This document shows, one piece after another, positions 19,686 to 29,595 of a stretch of DNA of 64,000 bases. The position numbers and the translations under genes are program-made. Position 1 is the stretch's first letter. Each line of letters opens with the position of its first letter. Below the pieces are notes generated by a model. It was not told where the DNA came from and did not search any database. It saw only the letters and a program-made list of their open reading frames with translations. The stretch is from positions 154,089-218,088 of IMG/VR virus record IMGVR_UViG_3300009430_000004; one strand, given 5' to 3'.

Positions 19686-20000
19686 GTGTTTGGTTTGAAA
19701 GATTCAAATATGCCTGTAACAGAATTTGATAGAGACCCTAGGAAACAAGAACTATTAGACAGATATAATCATGGAGACCCTATAGTAAAGAATGTAGTAG
19801 ATAGACTCAATGATTTAAAGTTTAATAAATCAGAAACAATTGATTGGGTCCGATATACTATCGTTAAAGAATTTGAGGATGTTATCTATTATTGCATGAA
19901 AGCTTATCAGGCTATATTGTCAGAGAAGGTTTCAAATGCTGGTAGTATATTTATCGTAGACAAATTATTTACGGTGGATGAGTTGACAAAAAAGGATTAG
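19686..20000 (+). CDS. Hypothetical protein
   Basis: 104 aa, AAGGAGG RBS, GTG start. Confidence 0.6.
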   Translation: MFGLKDSNMPVTEFDRDPRKQELLDRYNHGDPIVKNVVDRLNDLKFNKSETIDWVRYTIVKEFEDVIYYCMKAYQAILSEKVSNAGSIFIVDKLFTVDELTKKD

Positions 20001-20030
20001 ACCAAATAAATTATAAATTATAATTGGGAT

Positions 20031-20084
20031 AACAGTTAATTAAGAAATTTAACTGATATTTCAGTTATATATTATTATGCTGTA
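20031..20084 (+). promoter_or_regulatory. Late (20031) and early (20066) promoters
   Basis: AACA GTTAAT TA; TATATATTAT TATGCT GTA. Confidence 0.65.
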
Positions 20085-20108
20085 ATCAGTAAATAAATAA
20101 TCAAAAAA

Positions 20109-20130
20109 ATAATTATATTATTAGGAGGTA
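20109..20130 (+). repeat. 22-bp shared leader, copy 1
   Basis: ATAATTATATTATTAGGAGGTA, identical at 34853 and 45321. Confidence 0.9.
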
Positions 20131-20137
20131 AACAATC

Positions 20138-20617
20138 ATGGCTAAAGGAAAAAGAAAATTCGTTGAGAAAATCGCTCGTATTAAGGAGCTTCAGAAAGAG
20201 GCTGAAAAGGAAAGAAGAAAGGCGATAATTGAGTGTGCTCACCAAAATGAAAAAGGCAAGCTCAAGATTCACCCAGTTAACGAAAAGGGTGATTATGAAT
20301 GTAAATACTGTGAAGAGCAGTTCAACATGAACTCCATCAGCAGAAGTAACATTGAGGACGCAATCGAAACAATGCACAATGCTATTCAGCAAATCAGATG
20401 TTTCTCTGATCCTGAGGACGATGCTAAGCTTGTAAGATTACTTGGCGAACTTGACTTCAACATGCAGGAAGTTGGCGAGCTCTATGAGAGAATCGTTAAC
20501 CTATACGGCAAGAACAAGAAGAAGAACAGGGGTGACAAGTACAAAGATCATGATAGCTTCGGTAGCTACGGTGCATCCTCATTAAGCTTCATTGGTGGCG
20601 GAAAGAAAAATAAATAG
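20138..20617 (+). CDS. Putative Zn-ribbon protein with basic termini
   Basis: CAH...CKYC motif; carries the 22-bp shared leader. Confidence 0.6.
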   Translation: MAKGKRKFVEKIARIKELQKEAEKERRKAIIECAHQNEKGKLKIHPVNEKGDYECKYCEEQFNMNSISRSNIEDAIETMHNAIQQIRCFSDPEDDAKLVRLLGELDFNMQEVGELYERIVNLYGKNKKKNRGDKYKDHDSFGSYGASSLSFIGGGKKNK

Positions 20618-20648
20618 TAGAAAGCTGCATCAGTCTTTTTAGGTAGCG

Positions 20649-20689
20649 GATGTGTAAGATGGAGTACTCCATCTTACACATTCATTTTT
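20649..20689 (+). terminator. Intrinsic terminator
   Basis: ATGTGTAAGATGGAG / CTCCATCTTACACAT plus T-tract. Confidence 0.75.
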
Positions 20690-20766
20690 GTCTGTTTTAC
20701 AGACAATTATTTTTTGTATCAAAAGAAATTCCAATACGTAAGGGCGTAATAAATTACAAACTAACA

Positions 20767-20778
20767 AACATTATATTG
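20767..20778 (+). promoter_or_regulatory. Late-type promoter (topoisomerase B)
   Basis: AACA TTATAT TG. Confidence 0.55.
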
Positions 20779-20804
20779 GAGTATATTTAAGAAGGGGTGA
20801 TATA

Positions 20805-23231
20805 ATGGAAAAGTTTGTAGATGATGTTATAGAGCATAAAGAGGATGACATCGAGAAAATACAGACTAAACCCAATATGTATATCAGCTACTCAGGTAGA
20901 AGGGGTTCTAAACAGTTAGCTTATGAAAACATCAATAATGGTATTGATGAATGCATTAACCCTAATTCACCTGGAGATGAGATTGATATTGTAATTGATG
21001 AGACTGAAAACTCAATAAGTGTAACCGATAATGGTAGAGGAATTCAGTTTGAAAAGATGGAACTTGTCTGTACAAAGTTACAGGCTGGAAGTAAATTTAC
21101 TAGAGAGGGAAGCGGTGGTTCTGCTGGTGAAAACGGTGTAGGTATGACCGCTATGAATGCTCTCTCAGACTGGTTTGAAATCATTTCATATAGATATGGT
21201 GAAAGAGCCAAGGTAAGATTTGAGTTAGGAAAGCTAGTTCAACCTCTTACTGTAAAGAAAGTATCTGGGGATAAACATGGAACAACGGTCGCATTTAGAC
21301 CATCATCTATGTTCCTAGGAGAAGATTGTGCTATAGACTCTGATGAGTTATTGGCATGGACTGAAAAAATTATTTGTTTAGTACCACCTGAAATAAAGGT
21401 AAACTTTAATGTGATTAAGAAAGGAAAAGAATCAACAATCCAAAAGAAATTTAGAAATAAAAATGGTCTTTACGACTATTGCAAGAAGTTGGCTAAAAAG
21501 CCGCTTATAGACCCAATTCATTTTATGAGAACAATGAAAATGATGGAGAGAGTGAATACAATAACACCATCTAATTTAGATGATGCTATGAAATCACCAA
21601 ACTCGACATTTAAAGACGTAGAACGCTTTATTGGGCTAGAAGTGGCATTTACGTTCAATTCTGGTAGTGTAGACATGGTTGCTGATTCATTCTGTAATTT
21701 TATTAACACAGTAGAGAATGGTGTGCATGTAGATGCAGTTAAAACAGGTATATTACAATACCTAACTAAACAGACAAAAGATATGATGTCTGAGAAGGAA
21801 GCTAAGAATATTGATATAACCTTTGGTGATGCAGCTCAAGGTTTAGTATTAACAGTATACTTGAGCACTAATATGCAACCTCAGTTTGCATCTCAGACTA
21901 AAGAGAAGTTAACAAATAACGATTTCTTCAAACCTCTAAGAGATATGTCTTATAGAGCTTTGGATGAATATTTTAAGAAGAATACAAAAGAGCTGAAGAA
22001 GCTTACTGATATGATAAAGACTAATGCTAAGGCTAGAATAGAAGCCAACAAGGTTAGAAACTCAGTCATTAAAGGTGAGACAACTTCACTCGATGAGCAT
22101 AAATTAAAGAACTTTGCTCCTGCAAATAATAAGGGTAGAAATGAGTATAGAGAGTTATTCTTGATAGAAGGAGACTCAGCAATGGGCTCTGCTAGACAAG
22201 GAAGATTCGATAATGACACTCAAGCACTATTTGCCCTTAAGGGAGTCCCCCTAAACTCATTTAGCTTAAAGCTTGACAAAGTATTATTAAATGATGAGTT
22301 TAGAGGATTAACAAAAGTCTTAGGTTGTAACATAGGAGAAAGATTTGACATAACTAAGTTGAAGTATAAGAAGATTATCATCATGACTGACGCAGATATT
22401 GACGGTAATAGAATTACATCACTTATTTGTGCATTCTTCTTAGTGCATATGCCTGAGATAGTAAAACAAGGTTATCTGTATAAAGCAGTTACGCCTTTAT
22501 ATAAAATAAAGGATAATAAGAAACCTTTCATACTCAATAAACAAGAGTACATTGAAGTCTTTGAGGAAAGAGTTAGAAAGAACATCAGACTTATTAATCC
22601 TGAAACAAAGGTTGTATTCAAGGAAAAAGATATGAAGGAATTCTTGTTAAATAACAGAGAATACCTTGAAGAATTAGATAGAGTAGCAAATCATTTCGCA
22701 GTACATCCTATGATAGTTGAATTCTTAGCTATACATATGGATGATAGCGACTTCCTCAAAAAGCTTAGAAAGAAATTCCCTGAATTGAAAGTTGATGAAG
22801 ACAATGTATTGTCAGGTATATATGAAGGTAGATATCAGAATATAATACTTGATAAGATATTCAATAAAAGAGTCAACACTTTGAAGACTCTTATTAGAGA
22901 AGTCAATCAGAATAAAGCTTATTACATTCTTCATGAAGTTAGAGGTAAGGAGTTCGAAGATAGAGGGTTAATGTCAATCGGTGAGTTGTTAACATTATGT
23001 GAAAAGTTCCAACCTGAGATAGAAATGAGGTATAAGGGACTTGGTGAGTTAGACCCAGCTAAACTAAGAGAAACAACTCTTGACCCGAATAATAGAATAC
23101 TTATCAAACTTACTCTTGAAGACTTGGAAGCAGAGTTAACTAAGTTTAGAATATTACACGGAGATGACTCTGAAGAAAGAAAGAAGCTTATGGCACACTT
23201 CAAAATCAATAGGGAAGATCTTGATAACTAA
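20805..23231 (+). CDS. gyrB: Type IIA topoisomerase ATPase/TOPRIM subunit (GyrB/ParE)
   Basis: ENINNGIDE, DNGRGI, EGDSA, IMTDADIDG, RYKGLGE motifs. Confidence 0.93.
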   Translation: MEKFVDDVIEHKEDDIEKIQTKPNMYISYSGRRGSKQLAYENINNGIDECINPNSPGDEIDIVIDETENSISVTDNGRGIQFEKMELVCTKLQAGSKFTREGSGGSAGENGVGMTAMNALSDWFEIISYRYGERAKVRFELGKLVQPLTVKKVSGDKHGTTVAFRPSSMFLGEDCAIDSDELLAWTEKIICLVPPEIKVNFNVIKKGKESTIQKKFRNKNGLYDYCKKLAKKPLIDPIHFMRTMKMMERVNTITPSNLDDAMKSPNSTFKDVERFIGLEVAFTFNSGSVDMVADSFCNFINTVENGVHVDAVKTGILQYLTKQTKDMMSEKEAKNIDITFGDAAQGLVLTVYLSTNMQPQFASQTKEKLTNNDFFKPLRDMSYRALDEYFKKNTKELKKLTDMIKTNAKARIEANKVRNSVIKGETTSLDEHKLKNFAPANNKGRNEYRELFLIEGDSAMGSARQGRFDNDTQALFALKGVPLNSFSLKLDKVLLNDEFRGLTKVLGCNIGERFDITKLKYKKIIIMTDADIDGNRITSLICAFFLVHMPEIVKQGYLYKAVTPLYKIKDNKKPFILNKQEYIEVFEERVRKNIRLINPETKVVFKEKDMKEFLLNNREYLEELDRVANHFAVHPMIVEFLAIHMDDSDFLKKLRKKFPELKVDEDNVLSGIYEGRYQNIILDKIFNKRVNTLKTLIREVNQNKAYYILHEVRGKEFEDRGLMSIGELLTLCEKFQPEIEMRYKGLGELDPAKLRETTLDPNNRILIKLTLEDLEAELTKFRILHGDDSEERKKLMAHFKINREDLDN

Positions 23232-23232
23232 T

Positions 23233-23260
23233 GGGCTAGAAATCTAGCCCTATTTTTTTA
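23233..23260 (+). terminator. Terminator between topoisomerase genes
   Basis: GGGCTAGA / TCTAGCCC plus T-tract. Confidence 0.7.
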
Positions 23261-23263
23261 AAA

Positions 23264-23273
23264 TATATATTAT
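23264..23273 (+). promoter_or_regulatory. Early motif (topoisomerase A)
   Basis: TATATATTAT. Confidence 0.6.
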
Positions 23274-23299
23274 TGATATAGCAATGATGAGGGAGGTAA

Positions 23300-25705
23300 T
23301 TGTTAATGGGAAAGAAAGAAAAAAAGAAACGTAATAAAACTGCCGATTATAACGGCAATATAGAAATACGTAATATAGGAAATGAATGTACAGCACTTAT
23401 GAAGATATTCGGTGCTAACAATAATCTTATGAGGCATCTTCCATTCGTAACAGATGGATTAAAGCCTGGTGAGAGAAGAATACTTTATACAATGTATGAG
23501 GAGCTTAAAGCTGTATATAATGGTAGATTTAAAAAGGTATCTGCTATTGTAGGGCAGACATTATTCTATCACCCACACGGTGAAGCTCCAGTATATGATA
23601 CAATAACAAAATTAGGTCAGCCATGGAATAACATTCAATGTCTAGTAGATGGAGGAGGAAACTTCGGTTCACCTATGGGAGATGATGCAGGAGCTTCTCG
23701 TTACATTGAGGCAAGATTGAGCTTCTATTCCCATAAGTGTTTCTTTGAAGAGTTTAGTCCTAACATAGTAGATATGAAGCTCAATTATCTTAATGATAGA
23801 AGAGAGCCTGAATATCTTCCATCAAGATATCCAAATGTGCTGATTAATAATACCTTTGGTATAGGTTATGGAGTTGCATGTGGTCTTCCTACTTATAATC
23901 TAAAAGAAGTTTTAGCTTTAACCATAAAACTTTTGGATGACCCAGATTATGAAGATGTAACTCTTATACCTGATAGTCCAACAGGGGCTTATGTTATAGA
24001 TGAAGGACAATTTAAAGAAATATCTGAGACTGGAAAAGGTAAGTTTAAAATGAGAGGTGTTATGGACATTAATGAAACTGAGAACACCTTGACTATTAGA
24101 TCAGTACCTCTACAAGTTTCAGCAATTGATGTTAAAAATGACATCATATCATTATTTGAGGAAAATAAGATACAGGGACTAAAGGATATTAGGGACGACT
24201 CTGATATCGGTTATATCGAGTTGGTTCTATATCTTAAGAAAGAAGTAGACCCAGTATCCATAATGCATACTATATACACTAAGACAAATATGGAGAAGAC
24301 ATTCCCTGTAAACTTCAAATTAATTGATGATTATGAGGATTTCGACTTCAATGTAAGGTCTTTACTTCTTAACTGGATTGACTTCAGAAGAGAAACAAAA
24401 AGAAGACTTTACAATCATAAGCTCATTAGAGCTAGAGAAAGACAGCATATTCTCGAGATACTATTATTCATATTAAATAAGGATAATGCTGAGAAAACTC
24501 TGAAGATTGTAAAGCAGTCTGAAAATAAGAAAGAAATTATAAGTAAGCTTATGAAAGAATATGGTATATCATCATTACAAGCGGATACTATTTCGGAGAT
24601 GAAAATGACTGCATTCTCAAAGGAAGCTTATAAGAGATACGTGGAAGAGAAGAAAGATATTGACGACAAAGTTGAAAAGTTTGAGAAAATAGTACGTTCC
24701 TCAAAGAAAATAGACAAGATGATTAAAGAAGAACTTGAGGAAGGTATCAAACTATTCGGAGAGGATAGAAGAAGTAAGGTAATCACAATTGATGGTGAAA
24801 CTAAGATAAGAGATACTAATCACTTAGTTGTATTGACATTGAATGGTTTCATTAAGAAACTACCTGATAAGTCAACAACTATAGGATTTATCAATCAAGG
24901 TGACTATCCAATTGAAATTATCGAGATTAAGAATACTTCTGATTTACTAATCTTCGATGAGACAGGAAAGATTTCTAAGTTGCCAATACATCTATTACCT
25001 AATAATGATTTGAACGGTGAGGGTGATAAGATAAGCAAGTATTGTGCAATCAATGGAAAGATTACAACAATAATTCCAAAACCTACAGATTTAGTGTTGT
25101 CTCAAGTTAAAGTACCAATATACTTCTTAATGGTTACAAAGAAAGGTGTCATCAAGAAGACTTTAGCTAATCATTATACTAACATCAAGAATGAGTTGTT
25201 AGGTATGATAGTTAAAGATGGTGATGAACTGAAATCAGTTAAGTTGTTAGCTGGAGATAAGAATGTCGTTATTTATACTAATAAAGGTTTTGGTGTAAGA
25301 ATATCTTCAACTGAAATAAAAGAAACTAGCAGAATGAGTATAGGTGTTAAAGCTATTGAAATGGGACTTGATGAAGAAGTCATAGGGATGGATATAGTTA
25401 ATGAGAAAGATAAATATCTATTCTGCTTAACCAATAAAGGCACAGGAAAGAAATCTTCATTGGACACTTTTGCTGTGATGGATAGGAATAGTAAACCTCT
25501 AAGATTAGTTACTTTGGATGCTGACGAGGATTTAATGTTGGTTAGAGTGGTTAAGGGTAACGAGGTTTATAAAGCATATCTAAAGAATACAGTTGAAGAA
25601 ATCAAATTGCAGGATGTAATAGAATTACCTAGATTATCTAAAGGTAAGAAACTAATTCCTGTAAGAAAAGGTGAGGTAATAATTGATATAAAAGAAGTGA
25701 AGTAG
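23300..25705 (+). CDS. gyrA: Type IIA topoisomerase cleavage subunit (GyrA/ParC) with beta-pinwheel CTD
   Basis: DGLKPGERR, YHPHG, catalytic ASRY, CTD blade repeats; GyrA-box absent. Confidence 0.93.
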   Translation: MLMGKKEKKKRNKTADYNGNIEIRNIGNECTALMKIFGANNNLMRHLPFVTDGLKPGERRILYTMYEELKAVYNGRFKKVSAIVGQTLFYHPHGEAPVYDTITKLGQPWNNIQCLVDGGGNFGSPMGDDAGASRYIEARLSFYSHKCFFEEFSPNIVDMKLNYLNDRREPEYLPSRYPNVLINNTFGIGYGVACGLPTYNLKEVLALTIKLLDDPDYEDVTLIPDSPTGAYVIDEGQFKEISETGKGKFKMRGVMDINETENTLTIRSVPLQVSAIDVKNDIISLFEENKIQGLKDIRDDSDIGYIELVLYLKKEVDPVSIMHTIYTKTNMEKTFPVNFKLIDDYEDFDFNVRSLLLNWIDFRRETKRRLYNHKLIRARERQHILEILLFILNKDNAEKTLKIVKQSENKKEIISKLMKEYGISSLQADTISEMKMTAFSKEAYKRYVEEKKDIDDKVEKFEKIVRSSKKIDKMIKEELEEGIKLFGEDRRSKVITIDGETKIRDTNHLVVLTLNGFIKKLPDKSTTIGFINQGDYPIEIIEIKNTSDLLIFDETGKISKLPIHLLPNNDLNGEGDKISKYCAINGKITTIIPKPTDLVLSQVKVPIYFLMVTKKGVIKKTLANHYTNIKNELLGMIVKDGDELKSVKLLAGDKNVVIYTNKGFGVRISSTEIKETSRMSIGVKAIEMGLDEEVIGMDIVNEKDKYLFCLTNKGTGKKSSLDTFAVMDRNSKPLRLVTLDADEDLMLVRVVKGNEVYKAYLKNTVEEIKLQDVIELPRLSKGKKLIPVRKGEVIIDIKEVK

Positions 25706-25732
25706 GGGTATCCCCTACTTCACTCTTATTTT
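25694..25732 (+). terminator. Intrinsic terminator
   Basis: AGTGAAGTAGGGG / CCCCTACTTCACT. Confidence 0.75.
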
Positions 25733-25739
25733 AAAGGAG

Positions 25740-26378
25740 TTGAAAATAATGACAATCAATTTCTATGATGTTGTAACAAAAATGAATGAATTAAAGAATA
25801 AGGTATCATATATAAGGATAGATTTTAATATTGAACAAATAAAACCTGAGAATCAAGATGCCCCTATAATAACACCAAGATACACGGTTGCTTTTATCGA
25901 GCCACCTAGATTTATTGTAAAGATAAAAATATATAAATCTTTGCATGATATGTTATTGAGGGAGATTGAATTTGACTTAAGTCAGTTCAATGTAGCATTT
26001 GAATATGTAAAGGCATTATGTATCACAGATGACCATGATCGTCATATTAGCACAATAGTCTATAATTATAATTCGGCTCAAATAGAACAACATATGGAGA
26101 AGGTAAAGAACTTCTACAGCTTCGTTGGTAATTTCAATATTAGGAATGGTGTCTATAGATCGGTTGAAGAAGCTTATAATTCCTTTGAAGCTTATAGTAG
26201 AAGATTCTATGCTTCATTTGCTTCCAGAATACCACCTATAGAGATGGGTAAGATAAATAATATGAAAGAAGAAATGAAGCAGTTATCAAGGATAATAATG
26301 GATGAGAAATATATGTATATTATAAAGGACACATTAAACTTCTCATTGTTGGATGATGAGAAACTATACTGGTTATAA
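25740..26378 (+). CDS. Hypothetical protein
   Basis: 212 aa, AAAGGAG RBS. Confidence 0.6.
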   Translation: MKIMTINFYDVVTKMNELKNKVSYIRIDFNIEQIKPENQDAPIITPRYTVAFIEPPRFIVKIKIYKSLHDMLLREIEFDLSQFNVAFEYVKALCITDDHDRHISTIVYNYNSAQIEQHMEKVKNFYSFVGNFNIRNGVYRSVEEAYNSFEAYSRRFYASFASRIPPIEMGKINNMKEEMKQLSRIIMDEKYMYIIKDTLNFSLLDDEKLYWL

Positions 26379-26407
26379 AAGGAGGATTATCCTCCTTTAT
26401 TTTTTTT
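26377..26407 (+). terminator. Intrinsic terminator
   Basis: AAAGGAGGA / TCCTCCTTT plus T-tract. Confidence 0.65.
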
Positions 26408-26419
26408 CCAATTAATTGG

Positions 26420-26431
26420 AACAAATTAGTA
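26420..26431 (+). promoter_or_regulatory. Late promoter
   Basis: AACA AATTAG TA. Confidence 0.65.
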
Positions 26432-26450
26432 ATTACCATAAGAAGGGGAG

Positions 26451-26975
26451 ATGGGGATGGATAGACAACCAAGGATTATAGATGAAACCTTTTTAATGGA
26501 GTTCGCTAAATCCTATAACACACTGAAAGACGATGGCATGATTCCAGTTGGCATCAAAAAGAAGCTAATGGTTGAATTTGAATGCAAAGAATCGTCTTAC
26601 TACAGATATCTTCAACTAGCAAGAGATAAAGGGTATGTGTCCGACAGTTATGAGGAGAACACGACAGCTATGAGAAAAAGAGAAGCCAAACTCAGAGAAG
26701 CTCATAAAGTTATTGAACCTGATATGGCTGCAACTCTTAGAGAGATACTGTACGGTAATGAAACAAAGGTAGAGGAGAAAGCTCCTGAAAAAGAAAGCGA
26801 CATATTTATAAGTTTACATAGTGGTTATGAAGACTCTAAAGATGCTGAAAAATATTTTGTTGTAAAAGAGGAGTCAAGTATCGCTCAACCCACGCCAGAA
26901 CCGCCCAGTAGGGTTAAACCTTCAATCGGTACTATCTTGATGGATTACGTCAAGAAAATTTTCACAAAAAGATAA
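26451..26975 (+). CDS. Hypothetical protein, possible N-terminal winged-HTH
   Basis: CKESSYYRYLQLARDKGY helix pattern; own late promoter and terminator. Confidence 0.5.
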   Translation: MGMDRQPRIIDETFLMEFAKSYNTLKDDGMIPVGIKKKLMVEFECKESSYYRYLQLARDKGYVSDSYEENTTAMRKREAKLREAHKVIEPDMAATLREILYGNETKVEEKAPEKESDIFISLHSGYEDSKDAEKYFVVKEESSIAQPTPEPPSRVKPSIGTILMDYVKKIFTKR

Positions 26976-27015
26976 GATATACGGCTAAAAACCGTATATC
27001 TTATCTTATTTTTTT
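26968..27015. terminator. Bidirectional terminator
   Basis: AAGATAAGATATACGG / CCGTATATCTTATCTT. Confidence 0.75.
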
Positions 27016-28180
27016 ATGCTTCTTCCTTTTCATAAAGGACATTAAATACTTCCCTTATATCCATCTTACCATCAAACATATCCTCATTGAACTTTCTTAA
27101 CCAAGCTGAAAGCATTTGTTGCTTCTCATATGTTGGGTCATTGAGGTAGTTTTCATAGTAACCTTTATAAGCTGCAAGGTTATCCTTTAATTCTTCCTTC
27201 AAATCCTTCGGAAGGTTTGGATCATCCAAATCCCTTTCGAGTTTGTTAATCATATTCTTCATTCTTGTCTGATTCTTAGGATGTACACCTATGAATGTAG
27301 ACATGATATTCTGCATAATTCCAGCTATGTCATCAATAACATTAAGAACTGGAACATTTCTAACTATTCTGTTGTACATTTTATTTGGGTCATTCTGCAA
27401 CTTATCTAACGCTGTTGCAAGTGGCTGTGCATACCCATATGATGCAGCAAAGCTATCAGAGAATCTCTCCATACCATATCTAAATAGGTTTGATATGTCG
27501 AAATTAACAACCTGTTGAGCCATAGCAAGTGGGCTACCAAGTAATGGTCCAGAAATGTGATAAAGAAGTCTATTAAGCCCAGCACCTATATTATAGAATA
27601 CTGATAGATACTTCTTAAAGAACCTTTCAACACCCATTCTGATTTCAGTTATTAACTGTACAACCCAATGCTGAACAGCCCAGCCTATAGGACTGTATAA
27701 CAGAGTTGGTATTGTGCATAGGAAGTAAAATGGAGATGTGTCAAAATTGTGTCCTATCTCATGAAGTATGATAGCCATCATTTCTTTCTCATTCAATTTA
27801 GTCTGAGAAATAAGTGCTGTGTCAAGGAACACATAGATTTTCAATCTCTCATTGATAAATTTACCTGATTCTTCCCTTTTCTCGATGTTCTTAAGATACA
27901 TCATAGGGAAAGATGATATTGGTGTGCAGGCATTAGGTACTGAATCTTGCCAGTGAATTTTAATATACTTAACTCCAAAGAAATCAGCAAGAATCTTCTG
28001 TAATTTCTGGTTAGGTTCTGATTTATCTATATCAGTCATCGCCCTGAAAATACTCTTATCGTTATCCTTTCTGATTATCTCTGCAATTTTAGCAAGTTCT
28101 GCCTCCGCTGCTTCGAATTGTTTAGGCTTACCTAGATAAGCTTCCATAACAGGGTTATTTTTTCTTGAAAAAATAGCCAC
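27014..28180 (-). CDS. Zincin-like metallopeptidase, putative virion protein
   Basis: IILHEIGH and downstream E.FSDSFAASYG motif; late promoter. Confidence 0.7.
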   Translation of the reverse strand: MAIFSRKNNPVMEAYLGKPKQFEAAEAELAKIAEIIRKDNDKSIFRAMTDIDKSEPNQKLQKILADFFGVKYIKIHWQDSVPNACTPISSFPMMYLKNIEKREESGKFINERLKIYVFLDTALISQTKLNEKEMMAIILHEIGHNFDTSPFYFLCTIPTLLYSPIGWAVQHWVVQLITEIRMGVERFFKKYLSVFYNIGAGLNRLLYHISGPLLGSPLAMAQQVVNFDISNLFRYGMERFSDSFAASYGYAQPLATALDKLQNDPNKMYNRIVRNVPVLNVIDDIAGIMQNIMSTFIGVHPKNQTRMKNMINKLERDLDDPNLPKDLKEELKDNLAAYKGYYENYLNDPTYEKQQMLSAWLRKFNEDMFDGKMDIREVFNVLYEKEEA

Positions 28181-28216
28181 AATTTTATCATCCCTTTCAT
28201 TTATTAGTTTTCCATT

Positions 28217-28244
28217 TAATTTATTGTTTTAAAACAATTAAATA
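28217..28244. promoter_or_regulatory. Back-to-back late promoters sharing a 16-bp palindrome
   Basis: ATTGTTTTAAAACAAT; AACA-N6-TA on both strands. Confidence 0.75.
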
Positions 28245-28270
28245 AGATAAAATAATAAAGGGGTGATATT

Positions 28271-29431
28271 ATGGCAAATGATAGAGTATTATTAAATGAA
28301 TTATACCCTTTAATAGAGAAGGGTCTATCCAAAAAAGAAAATACCCAGAAGCTTAAGCTGGCTGTAAGCCAATTCCTTGATAGGAACAATGAAAAATTAA
28401 CCACTAATGGTCCAGTATATAGAATTATATTCTCAGAAGAGGATGCTAATAAACTATACGAAGCTATAGAAGTTGACCCGCTTACAATCAAGGGAATAAT
28501 TAATAGGTCACCGACAATTAAGAGTCAGTGGCAGATAATGAATAATCCTTTCAACTCTGCAATAGCCTTGACTATTAGATATTATAAGGTTAACAAGAAC
28601 CCTGAAATGGTTAATGCAACGCTTATATATTTAACAATGTCAATGTATCCATCATTACACTATAAGTATTTTCAATATGAACCTAATGAAAATATAATGA
28701 ATTATACCATCAATAATCTATCAAATAAGTTTAAAATCAAACAAACTGGTACAATTTATGCTGCCTTAGTAGATACTGTACAAGTTAGTGATAGGACTTA
28801 TACTGACGATTTGATACGTGGTACTGATAAGGATATCGTTGACTATATCGAAGCAGTTAAGACAAGAATGAATAGTTTGCTTAGAAAAATATCAAATGAA
28901 TTTTATGAGAATGATAAAAAAAAGAATTATCTTAATACTGAAAGCGATAGCTTCGAAGAAGATAATTATCATGAAGCTGATAGCAATATCTACGCTGTGG
29001 AACGTGTTACTAACAATGTCGTCCTAAAACTTATAGTTAATGGACCAAATATACAGCTAGTTAATATTGCGGCTAAAATGAGCCAAGTAAGTGTTAGTGA
29101 ACTGAGGAATTATGTTAATACCTTGGTTATCGGGGAGAATCGTGAACAAATTAAGACTGTTGTTGAATGTATTTTATTCTTATATTTATTTGATTCACAG
29201 AACAAAGTTGAGGATATAGGAAGCAATAAATTCCTATTCTATTGTCTTGAAGTATATAAGAAATCTAATACTACAGACGAGAATATCATAAAGATTAAGA
29301 AGATTCTTGATGAATGGTTGGAAGACTTAGGAACATACAAAAAAACTCAGAGACTTGCTACTATCAATAATTTTAGAAGGGCTTTGTTTACCTTCTTCGT
29401 TCTAAGTATTCAACATACGGGAAATAGCTAG
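28271..29431 (+). CDS. Late all-alpha protein of unknown function
   Basis: 386 aa, AAAGGGG RBS, late promoter. Confidence 0.6.
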   Translation: MANDRVLLNELYPLIEKGLSKKENTQKLKLAVSQFLDRNNEKLTTNGPVYRIIFSEEDANKLYEAIEVDPLTIKGIINRSPTIKSQWQIMNNPFNSAIALTIRYYKVNKNPEMVNATLIYLTMSMYPSLHYKYFQYEPNENIMNYTINNLSNKFKIKQTGTIYAALVDTVQVSDRTYTDDLIRGTDKDIVDYIEAVKTRMNSLLRKISNEFYENDKKKNYLNTESDSFEEDNYHEADSNIYAVERVTNNVVLKLIVNGPNIQLVNIAAKMSQVSVSELRNYVNTLVIGENREQIKTVVECILFLYLFDSQNKVEDIGSNKFLFYCLEVYKKSNTTDENIIKIKKILDEWLEDLGTYKKTQRLATINNFRRALFTFFVLSIQHTGNS

Positions 29432-29595
29432 AAAAAAAAGCGGGGTCAGAGATAAAAGCATAAAGCCTGGCGTATAGCCCCCCATTGACCCCCCCATCAT
29501 GTGGGAAATTAAACCATGTAAACCATGGATGATGGCTGTTTAAATAGTCACCACATTATCATTTCCCAAGGAATTGACATATTATATATACACAC
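29432..29595 (-). ncRNA. Candidate early structured RNA (~160 nt)
   Basis: CGTA-class promoter, multiple stems, GGGGUCA/UGACCCC terminal stem plus U8. Confidence 0.55.

Noticed and set aside
29460-29490. GGGGGGCTATA as the 5' end of a tRNA-Ala or tmRNA
   Set aside because: No D-loop, T-loop (TTCGA) or CCA geometry; I found no tRNA in the window.
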